From positions 1,200,001 to 1,232,000 of the forward strand of contig NC_007484.1 in NCBI RefSeq assembly GCF_000012805.1: a DNA stretch of 32,000 nucleotides, in the 5' to 3' direction. Positions 13,557-25,701 of this stretch are shown here, piece after piece (position 1 is the first letter of the stretch; the number at the start of each line of letters is the position of its first letter). The position numbers were made by a program, and so were the translations under genes. The DNA is from Nitrosococcus oceani ATCC 19707. Its GTDB lineage: Bacteria; Pseudomonadota; Gammaproteobacteria; Nitrosococcales; Nitrosococcaceae. The notes beneath the pieces are model-generated. The model did not search any database. It had not been told where the DNA came from and saw nothing but the letters and a program-made list of their open reading frames with translations.

Positions 13557-13934
13557 TTATTCAACAGAGGGCGGGTGAATGGGATGAGTTTTAATCCTGA
13601 TGACAGAAAATAAGCCGATGGTAATGGCTAATATCCCTACTACTTTGAGCGTGGTATTTTCGATAGCAAAGATTACCGAATAGCCGCCAAAAAAGAGCAA
13701 TGAAGAAATGGCGATGATTTTAGTCCTTAAGGAAATAGTTTTGTGCTCATGCCAATTTTTGATAATAGGCCCAAAAATGGCATTTTCCAGGAGCATCTGG
13801 TGGAATTTTGGAGAGGACTTTGCAAAACATCCTGCCGCCAAGAGGAGGAAAGGGGTGGTAGGAAGCAGAGGGAGAATAGCGCCTATAATAGCAATTCCTA
13901 TAAAGAAAAAACCTATAATTCTGTAAAGCCACAT
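13557..13934 (-). CDS. ybaN: YbaN/DUF454 family inner membrane protein
   Basis: LPLLPTTPFLLLAAGCFAKSSPKFHQMLLEN..FGP.I.NW.EHK.ISLRTK signature. Confidence 0.8.
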   Translation of the reverse strand: MWLYRIIGFFFIGIAIIGAILPLLPTTPFLLLAAGCFAKSSPKFHQMLLENAIFGPIIKNWHEHKTISLRTKIIAISSLLFFGGYSVIFAIENTTLKVVGILAITIGLFSVIRIKTHPIHPPSVE

Positions 13935-14140
13935 GAGTAAAATTACCTATAAAATAAACATTTATCCCTTTATATTCTATGGGAGATGAATATTTGTTGG
14001 ACTAATTTGCGCTTCGTACCTCCTATATTAAAGAATTGTATTCGGAGAATTCACGTTTGTGAATGCCGGTGGGAGCTTGCTGCTCCAAAGTATAATTTTA
14101 CCCGATAAAGTTGTCCCTGGCCCAGGGATGAGGGGATTTG

Positions 14141-15463
14141 ATGCGCTTAACTACAGTTAACCTTTTAATTGTAATTATTTTTGCAGCACTACTCGCTCTT
14201 GTTTTGGTCGATGAATCCGAGGATGGCCAGGATGATTATTGGCGAGCTCTATCTGCCAACAAAGAAAGAAAACAACCTGTGCAACTGGGTCCTCGGCCAT
14301 TTTATCTCGTCGAGGTTATGGAAGAAAGCGAGCTCAAAAAAGTTCTTCAGGGGTGCGCAAAAGGTCCCTTCTATAAGACTGATTTTTCCATTGGCCATCG
14401 GGGCGCGCCTCTTCAATTTCCCGAGCACACCAAGGAATCATATCAAGCGGCTGCCCGCATGGGCGCCGGTATCCTGGAGTGCGATGTCACGTTCACCCAA
14501 GACAGGGAATTGGTGTGCCGCCATTCCCAATGTGACCTGCATACCACGACAAATATTCTGGCTACTGACCTGGCTGCCAAGTGTTCTGAAGCCTTTATTC
14601 CCGCTGTTCTCGGTGCCATGACCGGCAACATTATCACGCCGGCATCGGCTAAGTGTTGTACCAGCGATATTACCTTTGATGAGTTTAAGACCCTCAAGGG
14701 TAAAATGGATGCCTTCAATCCCGCCGCGACTACCCTTAAGGGGTACCTAAATGCTACCCCAAGCTGGCGTACGGAGCTGTATTCCAACAATGGCACCCTG
14801 CTCAGCCACGCAGAGAGTATTGAACTTTTCAAAATACTGGGTGTGAAATTCACTCCTGAGCTTAAAGCTCCCGCTGTGGCGATGCCCTTTGAAGGGCATT
14901 ATACCCAGGAGGACTATGCCCAGCAGTTAATTGATGAATACCGTAGGGCAGGTGTCGCGGCAAAAAACGTATATGCCCAATCCTTCCGCCTCGATGATGT
15001 GCTTTACTGGATTAACAAGGCGCCTGAGTTTGGCAAACAGGCCATATTTCTCGACGATGCCAGCTTTGCCGGCGATCTTGACCCTTCCTTGACAGCCATG
15101 GAAAATCTTGCCGCCCAAGGCGTAGAAATCATAGCTCCCCCCCTATGGGCACTGCTGGAGCTTAATAAGGATAATGAAATTGTGCCTTCGGAGTATGCTC
15201 TGAATGCTAGAGCCGCGGGTCTGAACATTATCACCTGGACACTTGAGCGTTCGGGGCCGCTAAAAGACGGTGGTGGTTGGTACTATCAGACTCTCGCCAA
15301 TGTTATTGATAATGATGGCGATATGCTGGAAGTTCTTGATATCTTGGCAAAGGACGTGGGTATCCTTGGCATTTTCTCTGACTGGCCCGCTACGGTGACC
15401 TACTATGCCAATTGTATGGGTTTAACCGGCCAGTCCGAGGAGACGGGGCGCGCAGATTCTTAG
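14141..15463 (+). CDS. Glycerophosphodiester phosphodiesterase (GDPD) family protein with N-terminal membrane anchor
   Basis: GAGGGGA RBS before ATG 14141. TM segment [34 protein letters not shown] and [21 protein letters not shown] motifs. Confidence 0.75.
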   Translation: MRLTTVNLLIVIIFAALLALVLVDESEDGQDDYWRALSANKERKQPVQLGPRPFYLVEVMEESELKKVLQGCAKGPFYKTDFSIGHRGAPLQFPEHTKESYQAAARMGAGILECDVTFTQDRELVCRHSQCDLHTTTNILATDLAAKCSEAFIPAVLGAMTGNIITPASAKCCTSDITFDEFKTLKGKMDAFNPAATTLKGYLNATPSWRTELYSNNGTLLSHAESIELFKILGVKFTPELKAPAVAMPFEGHYTQEDYAQQLIDEYRRAGVAAKNVYAQSFRLDDVLYWINKAPEFGKQAIFLDDASFAGDLDPSLTAMENLAAQGVEIIAPPLWALLELNKDNEIVPSEYALNARAAGLNIITWTLERSGPLKDGGGWYYQTLANVIDNDGDMLEVLDILAKDVGILGIFSDWPATVTYYANCMGLTGQSEETGRADS

Positions 15464-15602
15464 GATGAACGGTGGTTGCTACAAGGCCGGGCGATCCCAA
15501 GATGGGTAGAATATCATCTTAGGGTTCAGTCTACCTGCTTCCATTTGGCAGCATATTTTTAACTTATTTGCTTGGAAGCTGGCCGGTAAAAACAATTCTC
15601 AT

Positions 15603-17048
15603 TTAAATCAGCGCCATGGCCACAGCCTGAATTATACGCATCAGAGGATCGGGATAGACTCCCCACCAGATGAGCAGCAGGGTAAGAAGGGCAAGGGTTA
15701 AACTGCCCATTAAAGGCAGGGAGGAAGGAGAGGCAAGGGCTTCCTTCTCTATGGTAGGCGTTTGATACAAGGCAATGATGATGCGCAGGTAATAGAATAG
15801 GCCCAGGATGCTGCCCATGACAAACGTGAACAGAAGAAGCCACAGGGTAGCTTCGACGCCGGCGGCGAAGATATAAAATTTACCGATAAAACCCACTGTT
15901 AAGGGGATACCCGCCAAGGATAGGAGCATAAAAGTAAAGATGCCAGCCAGTCCTGGTCGGTGCCAAAACAATCCTCGGTAATCTTCCAGGTTCTCTTTTT
16001 CCTGGGTTGGTGAGGAGAGAACGGTGACCACGCCAAAGGCGCCTAAGTTCATTATAAAATAAGCCACCCAATAGAAGGTGACTGCTTCCACGCCTAGGTT
16101 TCCGCTGGCCAACAGGGCCACTAGTAAGTAGCCTAGATGAGCGATGGAAGAATAAGCCAAAATCCGCTTGATATTATTTTGCAGCAGTGCCAGTAAATTA
16201 CCGGCCAAGATGGTGGCCACGGCGATAAAGCTGAGTAGCACGATAAGAGTGTGATGCTGAGGTCCGTCTACCTGGACGAAGAGGCGTAATAACAAAGCAA
16301 ATACCGCTCCTTTGGAAACCGTGGCGAGAAAGGCGGTGACTGGCGCCGGCGCCCCTTGGTATACATCGGCGGCCCAGAGGTGAAAAGGCACCCAGGATAA
16401 CTTGAAGCCAAGGCCCGTCATTATCAAGGCGAGGCCAGCAAGAAAGAAAATTTCGGAAGAAAGTGCCCCTGTGCTGAGCAACGTACTGAGTTGTCCAAAC
16501 CCCAGGGCTCCCGTCTCAGCATAAATAAGGGCCATGCCAAACAGTAAAAGCGCGGAAGAGGCGCTGGAGAGAATCAAATATTTCACACCCGCCTCAAGGG
16601 AAAGCTGGAAGCGGCGAGGGTAGGCCAGCAAAGCAAATAGGGACACGCTTAAGATCTCAAGGCCCAAAAATAGAGAGGCAAAATGATTGCTGGCGGCCAG
16701 AATGGCCGCGCCTAGGCTCGCCAGGAGCAAGAGCACATAAAATTCTTCTGGTTGATCCACAAGTCCTTTCATATAGCCGTAAGCGAGGAGGGTTATGGCT
16801 AAAGCCGCAGTGAAGATCAGGCCCATGTAGAAGAGGGCATAGCGATCAATAATGAATAAAGGCGGCACGTGTTGAGGGGACACCGCAGCGGCGAGGGGGA
16901 TGACCGCTAGGCAGAGCACCAATGCTATCAAAGTCGCCACCATCGTTAGACGATGCTGACGGTAACCGGCCACAATTAAAGTAAGCGTTAGGGACGCTAG
17001 GGTGATAAGGATAAGAGGCAGCAATGCGGTGAAATCCAGGGAGCTCAT
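15603..17048 (-). CDS. nuoN: NADH-quinone oxidoreductase subunit N
   Basis: Last gene of the nuo operon. Polytopic Mrp-antiporter-like protein, 481 aa. Confidence 0.9.
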
Positions 17049-17066
17049 AAACCAGTCTTTAACCGC

Positions 17067-18548
17067 TTATTCCATGGTGAGTTGTTGGAGACCCTCGAGT
17101 GCGGGATGGGCCATATCGAAGACTGGTTGGGGGTAAAGTCCTAACCAAAAAAGGATGAGGATCATGGTGCCCATGGCGACCATATCCTTTGTGGAAAAAT
17201 CCGTAAAATGCCGCTGTTCCTCGGGCTCGCCATGGAGAGTTTTTTGCACGATAATCAAGGCATAGACCACCGCTAGAATTAGCCCCAAGGCGCCAGCCGC
17301 AGCGAAAGGAACGCTCGCCCGATAGGTGCCTAGCAGCACTAAAAACTCTCCCATAAAATTGCCTAGTCCAGGAAGACCCAGGGCTGCCACGGCAAAAAAT
17401 AAGCTAATGGCGGCTATTCGAGGCGCTTGGGCCCAGAGTCCACCCATACGGCGCATATTCCGGGTGTGGAGGCGTTCTTGCAATGCGCCAGCGATCATGA
17501 ACAAGGCGCCCGCAGAGATGCCGTGGGCTAGCATTTGTATGACCGCGCCTTGCAGGGCTACTGCGTTCCAGGCGAATACGCCCAGAAGTACAAAGCCCAT
17601 ATGGCTAATACTACTGTAGGCGATCAAGCGTTTAACGTCCTGCTGGGCAAAGGCCAGCACCGCTCCATAGAGGATGCCCATCACGCCCATAAGCATAGCC
17701 ACTGGGGCAAACTCAGCGGCAGCGACAGGAAATAAGGGGACCACGAAACGCAACAGCCCATAAGCGCCTGTTTTCAATAATACTCCCGCCAAAATTACGC
17801 TGCCGCCAGTAGGTGCCTGGGTATGGGCATCGGGCAGCCAGGAATGCAGCGGCACCGCGGGCAGCTTGATGGTGAAGGCGATGAAAAAGCCCAGCATGAT
17901 CCAAAAGGCCGTCTCTGGGTCTGGGGAGGCGCCTAGCAAGTCAAGGTAGCTAAAGGTCAGCTCGCCTGTGTTTTGATGATGGGTCCAGGCCAACTCCAGA
18001 ATAGCAATTAACAGCAGTAAACCGCCGCTGTGAGTAAAGATAAAAAATTTAAAGGAGGCTGGATGGCGGTGTTCGTGGCCCCAAATGGCGATGAGAAAAT
18101 ACATGGGGACCAGCATGACTTCCCAGAAGACAAAGAACAGGAATAAGTCCAGGGCCATAAAGACTCCGAGGACTCCTGCCAGAACCCATAGCAAGTTGAA
18201 ATGAAAAAATCCGATCCGGTATTTGATCTCGGTCCAGGAAGCGACCACCGCCATAAGGCCAAGAAAGCAGGTAAGGAGCGCCAAGAGCAGACTCAGTCCA
18301 TCCAGGGCCAGATGAAAGCGAACCCCAAAATGGGGTATCCAGGGCCGATCCAGGGTTATTAGCCAAGCGCCTTGCCCGTTTATCATAAAAGGATCGGGCT
18401 GCCATAGCCATAAAGCTAACAGCACGAGAAAATTGCATCCTAGTGCAAGCAGGGAAATGAACCGGGGCCAGAGGGGGTGCCAGCGCTCGGCGACCCACGC
18501 CACTAGGCCTCCGACTATTAAGATTGCAAGCAGGGCAATTAATATCAT
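17067..18548 (-). CDS. nuoM: NADH-quinone oxidoreductase subunit M
   Basis: Strong resemblance to E. coli NuoM (WEVMLVPMYFLIAIWGH, LPDAHTQAPT, IAYSSISHMGFV). ATGA overlap with nuoL. Confidence 0.95.
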   Translation of the reverse strand: MILIALLAILIVGGLVAWVAERWHPLWPRFISLLALGCNFLVLLALWLWQPDPFMINGQGAWLITLDRPWIPHFGVRFHLALDGLSLLLALLTCFLGLMAVVASWTEIKYRIGFFHFNLLWVLAGVLGVFMALDLFLFFVFWEVMLVPMYFLIAIWGHEHRHPASFKFFIFTHSGGLLLLIAILELAWTHHQNTGELTFSYLDLLGASPDPETAFWIMLGFFIAFTIKLPAVPLHSWLPDAHTQAPTGGSVILAGVLLKTGAYGLLRFVVPLFPVAAAEFAPVAMLMGVMGILYGAVLAFAQQDVKRLIAYSSISHMGFVLLGVFAWNAVALQGAVIQMLAHGISAGALFMIAGALQERLHTRNMRRMGGLWAQAPRIAAISLFFAVAALGLPGLGNFMGEFLVLLGTYRASVPFAAAGALGLILAVVYALIIVQKTLHGEPEEQRHFTDFSTKDMVAMGTMILILFWLGLYPQPVFDMAHPALEGLQQLTME

Positions 18549-20518
18549 AAGAGCACCACTATGGCGATAAGAAGGGCTGCCCCAGCGGCAACGCTCCCGG
18601 TATACCAGCGTATTTGCCCCGTCTGGGTTCGACTAAGTCCTTGGTGGCCCATTTGTGCCAGACGTGCTATTCCATGATAAAAAGTATTGATAAAATCACC
18701 TTTATTCACGCGGGCGAGCCATAGGAAAGGCCCCGCCACTGGCCAAACTGCCCCTCGAGAGAGATCATCGATAAAGTCATCGCGATTGAAGTGGGCGAAT
18801 CTCAGCAAAGGCCGCACCAGCAGTGTGCGATATAGCCTGTCAAAGCCCCAGCCGACATACCAGAAACGCCCTACTGCCAAGACCGGCGCTTTTGCTAACA
18901 GGGTCTGTCGCCAGTGGGGGTGGCGCAAGAAAAAGACATAAGCTAAGAAAACGCCTAACACAGAAATATCCGAGGCCATCAGTTGCAAACTGATCTCTAT
19001 TCCCGGATCTCCATGCCCGGCTTCTAGGGCGGGGAGGGCTGAATGCATCAGGTTAGAAAATAGGGGCTGGCCTCCGAGACTTGGCGGCAGTTCTATCCAG
19101 CCGCCCGCAAGGGAGAGCAGCGAGAGTATCAGCAAGGGAATAGCTATAAGCATGCCTGGTTTTTTGCCAACGGCTGCCTTGGGGAGGCCGAAAAAGACCA
19201 TAAACCAGGCCCTAAAGATGTAAACCGCTGTTAATAAGGCCCCCAGGAGGCCCGCCGTCCAGAGCCAGGGGCCGCCCAAGGGGGAAGACCATACCTGGGA
19301 AAGAATTAAATCCTTGCTATAGAAACCAGCGGTAATAAGGGGTAAGGAGGCCAAGGAGGCGCCGCCAATGAGAAAGCTCCAGAAGGCAATGGGGAGCTGT
19401 TTTCGCAGGCCGCCCATCTTGAAAATATTATGTTCATGATCCAGGCTGGCAATCACCACACCCGCGGTTAGGAACAGTAGAGCTTTGAAGAAGGCATGGG
19501 TCATCAAATGAAAGATAGCCGCCGACCAGGCGCCGACCCCTAAGGCTAAAAACATATAACCGATTTGACTCATGGTGGAATAGGCCAGGATACGTTTAAT
19601 GTCGGTTTGTACTAAGGCGCTACAGGCCGCTAGCAGCAGGGTTAAGGCCCCGATTACCGCCACCGCTCCGTGGACGGGGGGGGCCAGCTCGAACAGTACA
19701 TGGGTCCGGGCGATAAGATAGACTCCGGCGGTGACCATGGTAGCGGCATGAATAAGGGCGCTGACCGGGGTAGGACCGGCCATGGCGTCGGGCAGCCAGG
19801 TTTGTAGCGGCAGCTGCGCTGATTTGCCAAGCGCGCCGCCTAGCATCAAAGCGGCGGCAGCTATAGCTAAATTCGATCCCACCGGCCATGCCTGGGAAGC
19901 CCGTTCCATGAGTAGTTGGATATTGAGCGTTCCCAGATGAGTGACCAATAACAGCAGCCCTAGGGCCATAGCGGTATCCCCTATTCGGGTCACCACAAAC
20001 GCCTTGCGGGCCGCGTAGCCGTTAGCCGAGTCTTGGTACCAAAAACCAATGAGCAAGTAGCTGCACAAGCCCACCCCTTCCCAGCCTAGATAGAGGAATA
20101 ACAGATCGTCGGCCAACACCAGTATCAACATGGTGGCAACGAATAGATTCATATAGGCAAAAAAGCGCTGATAACCGGCCTCATTGGCCATGAATTCAGC
20201 GGAATAAAGATGGATTAGAAAGCTTACCCAGGTGACTACTAGAGTCATCACTAAGGAGAGGGAGTCCAAATAAAGGCCGATGCTGGGCGTAAAATTTCCG
20301 ATGGCCATCCAGGTCCATAAAATTTGCGTATAGGCATTACCTTCAGGGGGGGATTGCAGGAACGCAATGCCAAGCCCCGAGGTCAGAAGGGCGGATAATC
20401 CCACCGAGCCGACTCCGATCAAGGCACTAAGCTTTTTGGGTAACCGCCCGGAGGCGAGCATTAATAGCACGGAGCTGGCTAGGGGCAGGGTGGGGATTAA
20501 CCATAATAGCTTTAGCAT
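18545..20518 (-). CDS. nuoL: NADH-quinone oxidoreductase subunit L
   Basis: Start placed at MLKLLWLIP (20518), 4 nt after the nuoK stop. The ORF-track start at 20566 would overlap nuoK. Typical NuoL motifs and a long C-terminal extension. Confidence 0.9.
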   Translation of the reverse strand: MLKLLWLIPTLPLASSVLLMLASGRLPKKLSALIGVGSVGLSALLTSGLGIAFLQSPPEGNAYTQILWTWMAIGNFTPSIGLYLDSLSLVMTLVVTWVSFLIHLYSAEFMANEAGYQRFFAYMNLFVATMLILVLADDLLFLYLGWEGVGLCSYLLIGFWYQDSANGYAARKAFVVTRIGDTAMALGLLLLVTHLGTLNIQLLMERASQAWPVGSNLAIAAAALMLGGALGKSAQLPLQTWLPDAMAGPTPVSALIHAATMVTAGVYLIARTHVLFELAPPVHGAVAVIGALTLLLAACSALVQTDIKRILAYSTMSQIGYMFLALGVGAWSAAIFHLMTHAFFKALLFLTAGVVIASLDHEHNIFKMGGLRKQLPIAFWSFLIGGASLASLPLITAGFYSKDLILSQVWSSPLGGPWLWTAGLLGALLTAVYIFRAWFMVFFGLPKAAVGKKPGMLIAIPLLILSLLSLAGGWIELPPSLGGQPLFSNLMHSALPALEAGHGDPGIEISLQLMASDISVLGVFLAYVFFLRHPHWRQTLLAKAPVLAVGRFWYVGWGFDRLYRTLLVRPLLRFAHFNRDDFIDDLSRGAVWPVAGPFLWLARVNKGDFINTFYHGIARLAQMGHQGLSRTQTGQIRWYTGSVAAGAALLIAIVVLL

Positions 20519-20522
20519 TGTA

Positions 20523-20834
20523 TCAACCTCGCATCCTGCTAAGGCGATCGGCATCCAGGGTGCCAAAACGACGGTAAACCAGCAAAATCAACGCCAAGGC
20601 AACGGCTGCCTCTGCCGCCGCCAGAGTCAAGATAAGCATGAACATAATTTGTCCTTCCGCCTCTCCCCAACGGGCGCCCGCCACGATAAAAGCCAGTCCC
20701 GTGGCATTGAGCATAATTTCCAGGGACAGGAGCATGAAAATAAGATTGCGGCGCACCAAGACGCCTATTAGCCCTAGGATGAAGAGGGCGGCAGCCAGAT
20801 ACAGGCCATGTTCCGTGGGGATCGAGGCTAGCAT
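20523..20834 (-). CDS. nuoK: NADH-quinone oxidoreductase subunit K
   Basis: 103-aa, 3-TM protein with [15 protein letters not shown] motif. Confidence 0.95.
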   Translation of the reverse strand: MLASIPTEHGLYLAAALFILGLIGVLVRRNLIFMLLSLEIMLNATGLAFIVAGARWGEAEGQIMFMLILTLAAAEAAVALALILLVYRRFGTLDADRLSRMRG

Positions 20835-21338
20835 TTATGACTCCTCCTCCGGCTCCTCGCGCCCCAGATGATAGGCTCCCACCAGGCCCGCCAGTAGTAG
20901 CATGGCTGCAAGCTCAACTGCCAATAGATAAGGACCAAACAGGGTAATACCTACTTGCTGGGGGGGGATCATTTTAGTACTGGAAAGGGCGCTGCTCTCT
21001 GCTACCAGAAGATAAACCAGTTCTATGAGCAAAACGAAGGATAAAATTCCAGGGCCTATCCACATGCTGGGGGTAAGCCAACGATTCTCCTGGGCTACTG
21101 CCTCCTCCCCGAGGTTGAGCATCATCATTACAAACACAAACAGCACCATAATGGCGCCGGCGTAGATGATGACTTCTAGAGCGGCAGCGAAGGGGGCGCC
21201 CAGGAGAAAAAAGATTAAGGCTACCGCAAGGAGGGAAACAATTAAATACAGCAGGGCATGGATGGCGTTTAAGCGGGTGATCACCATGGCGGTGGAAACA
21301 ACGGCGATAATAGCGGCGATATAGAAGGTAATTTCCAT
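20835..21338 (-). CDS. nuoJ: NADH-quinone oxidoreductase subunit J
   Basis: 167 aa. Position and membrane profile fit. Its stop abuts the nuoK ATG. Confidence 0.9.
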   Translation of the reverse strand: MEITFYIAAIIAVVSTAMVITRLNAIHALLYLIVSLLAVALIFFLLGAPFAAALEVIIYAGAIMVLFVFVMMMLNLGEEAVAQENRWLTPSMWIGPGILSFVLLIELVYLLVAESSALSSTKMIPPQQVGITLFGPYLLAVELAAMLLLAGLVGAYHLGREEPEEES

Positions 21339-21437
21339 TAGTATTATGAGTTTTTCTATGCCGGTATGGTTAAGGATAGACGGACTTGAGCCGTTTTTTA
21401 GCAGTTTTTTTCGTACCCATTAAAATTGTTTTAACCA

Positions 21438-21980
21438 CTAAGGCATTAAACTGCGGACATCCACTGGAGATTCTTCATTTTCCGCTTCTCCTTTAGTTTT
21501 GCCGCCAATAGCCATCCCCGCTACCCGGTAAAAGTTATAATCGGGGTATTTCCCCGTACCATTGATGAGCAAATCTTCTTTTTCGTATACTAAATTTGGC
21601 CGCTCGTATTCTCCCATTTCAAAATCCGGGGTGAGCTGAATGGCATAGGTGGGACAGGCTTCTTCGCAAAAACCGCAAAAAATACAGCGGGAAAAATTAA
21701 TGCGGAAAAATTCGGGATACCAGCGGCCCTGCTCGTCTTCTGTTTTCTGGAGGGCGATGCAATCCACCGGGCAGGCGACGGCGCATAAATTACAGGCAAC
21801 GCAGCGTTCCTCCCCATCCGGGTCCCGGGAGAGGATAATGCGCCCTCGCCAACGGGGTGGGATATAGGGTCTCTCCTCGGGATATTGGATCGTGGCTTTG
21901 GGCTGGAAGAGATGGAGAAACACGGTCCAGAGGCTTTTTAGTTCACTGCCTAGGGAAATATTTTTCAATGGACTCAACAT
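21438..21980 (-). CDS. nuoI: NADH-quinone oxidoreductase subunit I (2x[4Fe-4S] ferredoxin)
   Basis: Near-colinear with E. coli NuoI as I recall it ([46 protein letters not shown]). Start at MLSPLK after AAAGGAGGAA. Confidence 0.95.
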   Translation of the reverse strand: MLSPLKNISLGSELKSLWTVFLHLFQPKATIQYPEERPYIPPRWRGRIILSRDPDGEERCVACNLCAVACPVDCIALQKTEDEQGRWYPEFFRINFSRCIFCGFCEEACPTYAIQLTPDFEMGEYERPNLVYEKEDLLINGTGKYPDYNFYRVAGMAIGGKTKGEAENEESPVDVRSLMP

Positions 21981-21999
21981 GGAATTCCTCCTTTGGGGA

Positions 22000-22959
22000 T
22001 TAGGTGCCGTCAAGGGCAAGCACCACCGCCCCGGTAATCACTAGATTGAGCAGCGCTAGGGGCAACATCAGCTTCCAGCCATAGGCCATGAGCTGATCGT
22101 AGCGGGGCCGGGGGAGCGCGGCCCGCAGCAAAATAAAGAAAAGCACAAAGAAAGAGAATTTGATAAAAAACCACACTAGGGGTGGTAGCCAAGGACCCTG
22201 CCAACCACCAAAGAACAGCGTCACGATCAGAGCCGAAATCAAAAGAATAGCGAGGTACTCACCGACAAAAAATAGGCCGAACTTCATTCCCGAGTACTCG
22301 GTGTGAAAGCCTGCTATCAATTCAGTTTCGGCTTCGGGGAGATCAAAGGGCAGGCGATGAGCTTCCGCGATCCCGGCAATCAGAAATACCACTAAGCCAA
22401 GAAACTGGGGAATGCAAAACCACATGTCTTGTTGAGCTGCTACGATTTCACGGAGATTAAAGGTGCCGGCCAGCATGACTACCCCCATCAGAGACAAACC
22501 CATAAAAACTTCATAGCTCAACATCTGGGCCGCCGCCCGCAGAGCCCCCATTAAGGAATACTTGTTATTGGAGGCCCAACCCCCTAATACCACGCTGTAG
22601 ACGGAAAGGGAGGACATGGCGAGGAAAAACAGCAGCCCGATATTCAGATCGATAATGCCAATATAGGGTGTAAAGGGAATCACCGCAAAGGCCAACAAAG
22701 TGGCAATGACGACCACTGTGGGCGCGAGGATAAAAACCAGTTTGTCGGCGAAAGGCGGCACCCAGTCTTCTTTGGTAAGAAGCTTGATGGCATCGGCTAC
22801 CACTTGCAGGATGCCGAAAGGGCCCACCCGGTTGGGGCCGTAGCGCTCCTGCCAGAATCCCAGCAAGCGGCGTTCGATCCAAATCAGCAAGGCCGCTAGC
22901 GTAAGCAATGTTCCCAGGATCCCGAAAATATTAAACAGCGAGGTCAGGGTAGCGTTCAT
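22000..22959 (-). CDS. nuoH: NADH-quinone oxidoreductase subunit H
   Basis: [17 protein letters not shown] and [18 protein letters not shown] motifs. ATGA overlap with nuoG. Confidence 0.95.
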   Translation of the reverse strand: MNATLTSLFNIFGILGTLLTLAALLIWIERRLLGFWQERYGPNRVGPFGILQVVADAIKLLTKEDWVPPFADKLVFILAPTVVVIATLLAFAVIPFTPYIGIIDLNIGLLFFLAMSSLSVYSVVLGGWASNNKYSLMGALRAAAQMLSYEVFMGLSLMGVVMLAGTFNLREIVAAQQDMWFCIPQFLGLVVFLIAGIAEAHRLPFDLPEAETELIAGFHTEYSGMKFGLFFVGEYLAILLISALIVTLFFGGWQGPWLPPLVWFFIKFSFFVLFFILLRAALPRPRYDQLMAYGWKLMLPLALLNLVITGAVVLALDGT

Positions 22960-25685
22960 GGCGTCCCCTTGGAAAGTTGGCCCCAGGCAGGCAAAGAGAT
23001 GATGCCCCTCAAGGTGGGAAGACCCCAGGGAATCCCTGCCGTTCCCGGGGGTAGAGCGTTTTGGTAGCGAACCGGCAGGCGGTAGATTTTTCCCCCTAGG
23101 GTGAGGTTGACTTCGTCGCCGGAGTCCAGTTTAAGTTGAGCCCCATCTTCTGGGGTAAGGGCTAGATAAGGGGCCGGGACGCGCTCGGCGATGGCTGGTG
23201 CCAGTGCGCTTAGCGCCTCACTGCCAAAAATATGATGAAGGGGTAGGACTAGCCATTGTTCCTTGCGGCGCTCAAAGGCGGAAGGAATCTGGGTAAAGTA
23301 GGCAATCTTTGCTTTTGGCCTGGGTTCAATCAAGCGGGCGCCCGGAGAACCTCCCCGCAAGGGCCCGCCCACTTCTTCCTGAAATTTGTTGACTGACTGG
23401 ATGGAATTCCAGGCGGGGGCCCAAAAATAGGGAATGGTTGCGGACGGGGGTTGCCTAGGGTATCCCTCCATGGAGAAGGAAAAGGGCGAGTCGGGATCGC
23501 TTGGCGGCCTAGGTTCATGGACATTCAAGTCAGCGGTCATGGCGGTGCGGCCGCTGTAGCGGTGGGGTTCGCGGGGGATTCGCATTCCCTGGATACGAAA
23601 TTCCGCCCCTGGCGCCGCGCGGGTGATGCTCCCCAGGGAGTTCAGAGAGTTGAGGGCGCCAGCGCAGGCGTAGGTGAGCTCATCTAGACGTTGCCAACCG
23701 CCCTCCTTGCGTCCAGCGGCAGCCATGGCTTTGCTTAGCCAGCGCCAGCTTTCCTGGATATCGTTTTCTGGAACGAACACCTGGAAGAATCGCTGGGCGC
23801 GGCCCTCGCTGCTCACCAAGGTGCCATCCGATTCGGCAAAAGTGCTAGCGGGAAGCGCGATTTCCGCTTGGGCCATAGTGTTATGATGAAGATGGTCGAT
23901 GACCACCACATGCTTTACCTGTTTCAAGAAAGTTTCCACAGCGACTTGATCGGCTTGATGGTAGAGATCGTTCTCCAGGATAATAGCCGTCTCTACCTTG
24001 CCTTCCGCCGCTGCCTTGAAGGCTTTATCCAGGCTAGCGCCGCCTAGCAAATGAGCGCCAAGGCTATTACATTCGGGCAGCGTCAAGTAGAGATAGGCGG
24101 GATGCTGCCGATGATGGTCCAAAGCCCAGGCCACATTCCCGGCTGCCTCGAGCAGCGCCTGATTTTGGCTGCTGACGCCCGAGATAATCAGGGGCCGGCG
24201 GGCTTTTTTGAGACTCTCAGCAATGGACTCCGCCAGCGCCTGCTGGGGCGGGGTGAGATCGGGCACCGCAGGTGCTTCCGGGTCTAGGCAATGGGCGACG
24301 GCAAAACCGAGCCGGGCGAGATCCGCAGGGGCTCCCCTATAGGTGTGAGTGGCAAGCTCATCTAGGTTCGTAGCGGTGGAGGTAGCCATGAATAAAGGGC
24401 TCTTTTGCTGTTGGGACGCTTCCCGAACCGACATATCCTGCCAGGGAGGAATATGAAGTTCCTCCGCAATTCCCCATGCTTTTTGCCGAACCGCCTGGCG
24501 CAGGCTCAAGGCCAGCCGCGGCGCGGTATTGAGAAGATCCTCGCCCAAGACCAAAATAGCATCGGCCTGTTCTACTTCCTGTAAGGAAGGTATCCGGGCG
24601 GGACCATTTTGTAAAATGTGAGCGGCGGTGGCGATGAGCGTCGCTTCTGGCCCGGACAGGCCAGAATAGAAGTGTTCCTCTCCCACGAGGGTACGAAGGG
24701 CAAAATTGGCCTCTAGGGAAGCCCGGGGGGAGCCAATGCCGATAATGCTCTTTGTCTCCGAAAGGAGGCGGGCCAAATATTGCAGCGCCTGTTCCTGGGC
24801 AACCGGTTCCGGCTGGAAGCCGTTCGTTTTATGCAGGCGTGGTTGCCGGAGCCGCTGCTCGCTGTTTACGAAATCACCGCCAAAACGGCCCCGATCACAG
24901 AGAAAATAGCCGTTGACCTGATGATTATAACGATTGAGGGTTCGTTTTAGCCGGCCATAACGTTCATTGGGGTTGGTATTACAGCCCAGGCTACAATGGA
25001 CGCACACCGAGGGAGCGCCCCGCAGGTCCCACTTGCGGCTGTAATGACGGCTGAAAGGTTTGTCGGTGAAAACACCGGTAGGGCATACTTCGGCCAAATT
25101 ACCACTAAACTCGTTGTCTAATATGCCGTCTTCATGGCGGCCAAAATAGACATGGTGGTGGGTATTGAACACTTGGAGATCCGTTCCGCCAGCATAGTCC
25201 TGATAAAAGCGGACGCAGCGATAGCAGGCAATGCAGCGATTCATCTCATGGTTGAGAAAGGGTCCCAGATATTGATTGGTAAAGGTTCGTTTCTTGAAAC
25301 GAAAGCGGCGGTAGGTGTGGCCCGTCAGCACGGTCATATCCTGCAAATGACATTCCCCCCCTTCCTCGCAAACAGGACAATCGTGGGGATGATTAGTCAT
25401 GAGCCATTCAATCACGCTGGCCCGGAAGGCGGTGGCTTCAGGGTCCTCGATGGAGATACGGGCGCCATCGCTAGCCGGTGTCATGCAGGACATGACCAGG
25501 CGTCCCTGGGTGTCTTGGTCGTCCTTAAATTGCTTGACGGCGCATTGCCGGCAAGCGCCCACGGAGCCCAGGGCCGGATGCCAGCAAAAATAGGGGAGAT
25601 TGAAACCCAAAGACAGACAGGTCTGGAGGAGGCTGTTTTGCTCCTCCACTTCAAACTCCTGGTTGTCGATATAGATTTTCGCCAT
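22956..25685 (-). CDS. nuoG: NADH-quinone oxidoreductase subunit G
   Basis: 909 aa. The N-terminus [19 protein letters not shown] and [18 protein letters not shown] is as in E. coli NuoG. Confidence 0.95.
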   Translation of the reverse strand: MAKIYIDNQEFEVEEQNSLLQTCLSLGFNLPYFCWHPALGSVGACRQCAVKQFKDDQDTQGRLVMSCMTPASDGARISIEDPEATAFRASVIEWLMTNHPHDCPVCEEGGECHLQDMTVLTGHTYRRFRFKKRTFTNQYLGPFLNHEMNRCIACYRCVRFYQDYAGGTDLQVFNTHHHVYFGRHEDGILDNEFSGNLAEVCPTGVFTDKPFSRHYSRKWDLRGAPSVCVHCSLGCNTNPNERYGRLKRTLNRYNHQVNGYFLCDRGRFGGDFVNSEQRLRQPRLHKTNGFQPEPVAQEQALQYLARLLSETKSIIGIGSPRASLEANFALRTLVGEEHFYSGLSGPEATLIATAAHILQNGPARIPSLQEVEQADAILVLGEDLLNTAPRLALSLRQAVRQKAWGIAEELHIPPWQDMSVREASQQQKSPLFMATSTATNLDELATHTYRGAPADLARLGFAVAHCLDPEAPAVPDLTPPQQALAESIAESLKKARRPLIISGVSSQNQALLEAAGNVAWALDHHRQHPAYLYLTLPECNSLGAHLLGGASLDKAFKAAAEGKVETAIILENDLYHQADQVAVETFLKQVKHVVVIDHLHHNTMAQAEIALPASTFAESDGTLVSSEGRAQRFFQVFVPENDIQESWRWLSKAMAAAGRKEGGWQRLDELTYACAGALNSLNSLGSITRAAPGAEFRIQGMRIPREPHRYSGRTAMTADLNVHEPRPPSDPDSPFSFSMEGYPRQPPSATIPYFWAPAWNSIQSVNKFQEEVGGPLRGGSPGARLIEPRPKAKIAYFTQIPSAFERRKEQWLVLPLHHIFGSEALSALAPAIAERVPAPYLALTPEDGAQLKLDSGDEVNLTLGGKIYRLPVRYQNALPPGTAGIPWGLPTLRGIISLPAWGQLSKGTP

Positions 25686-25701
25686 TGTCCCTGAGTCCTG
25701 C

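Noticed and set aside
21339-21437. An unusually long (99-bp) nuoI-nuoJ spacer, and hairpins in the convergent 15464-15602 gap
   Set aside because: Only weak stems such as AAGATG/CATCTT are present, with no convincing terminator, promoter or conserved motif. I treat these as ordinary intergenic sequence.
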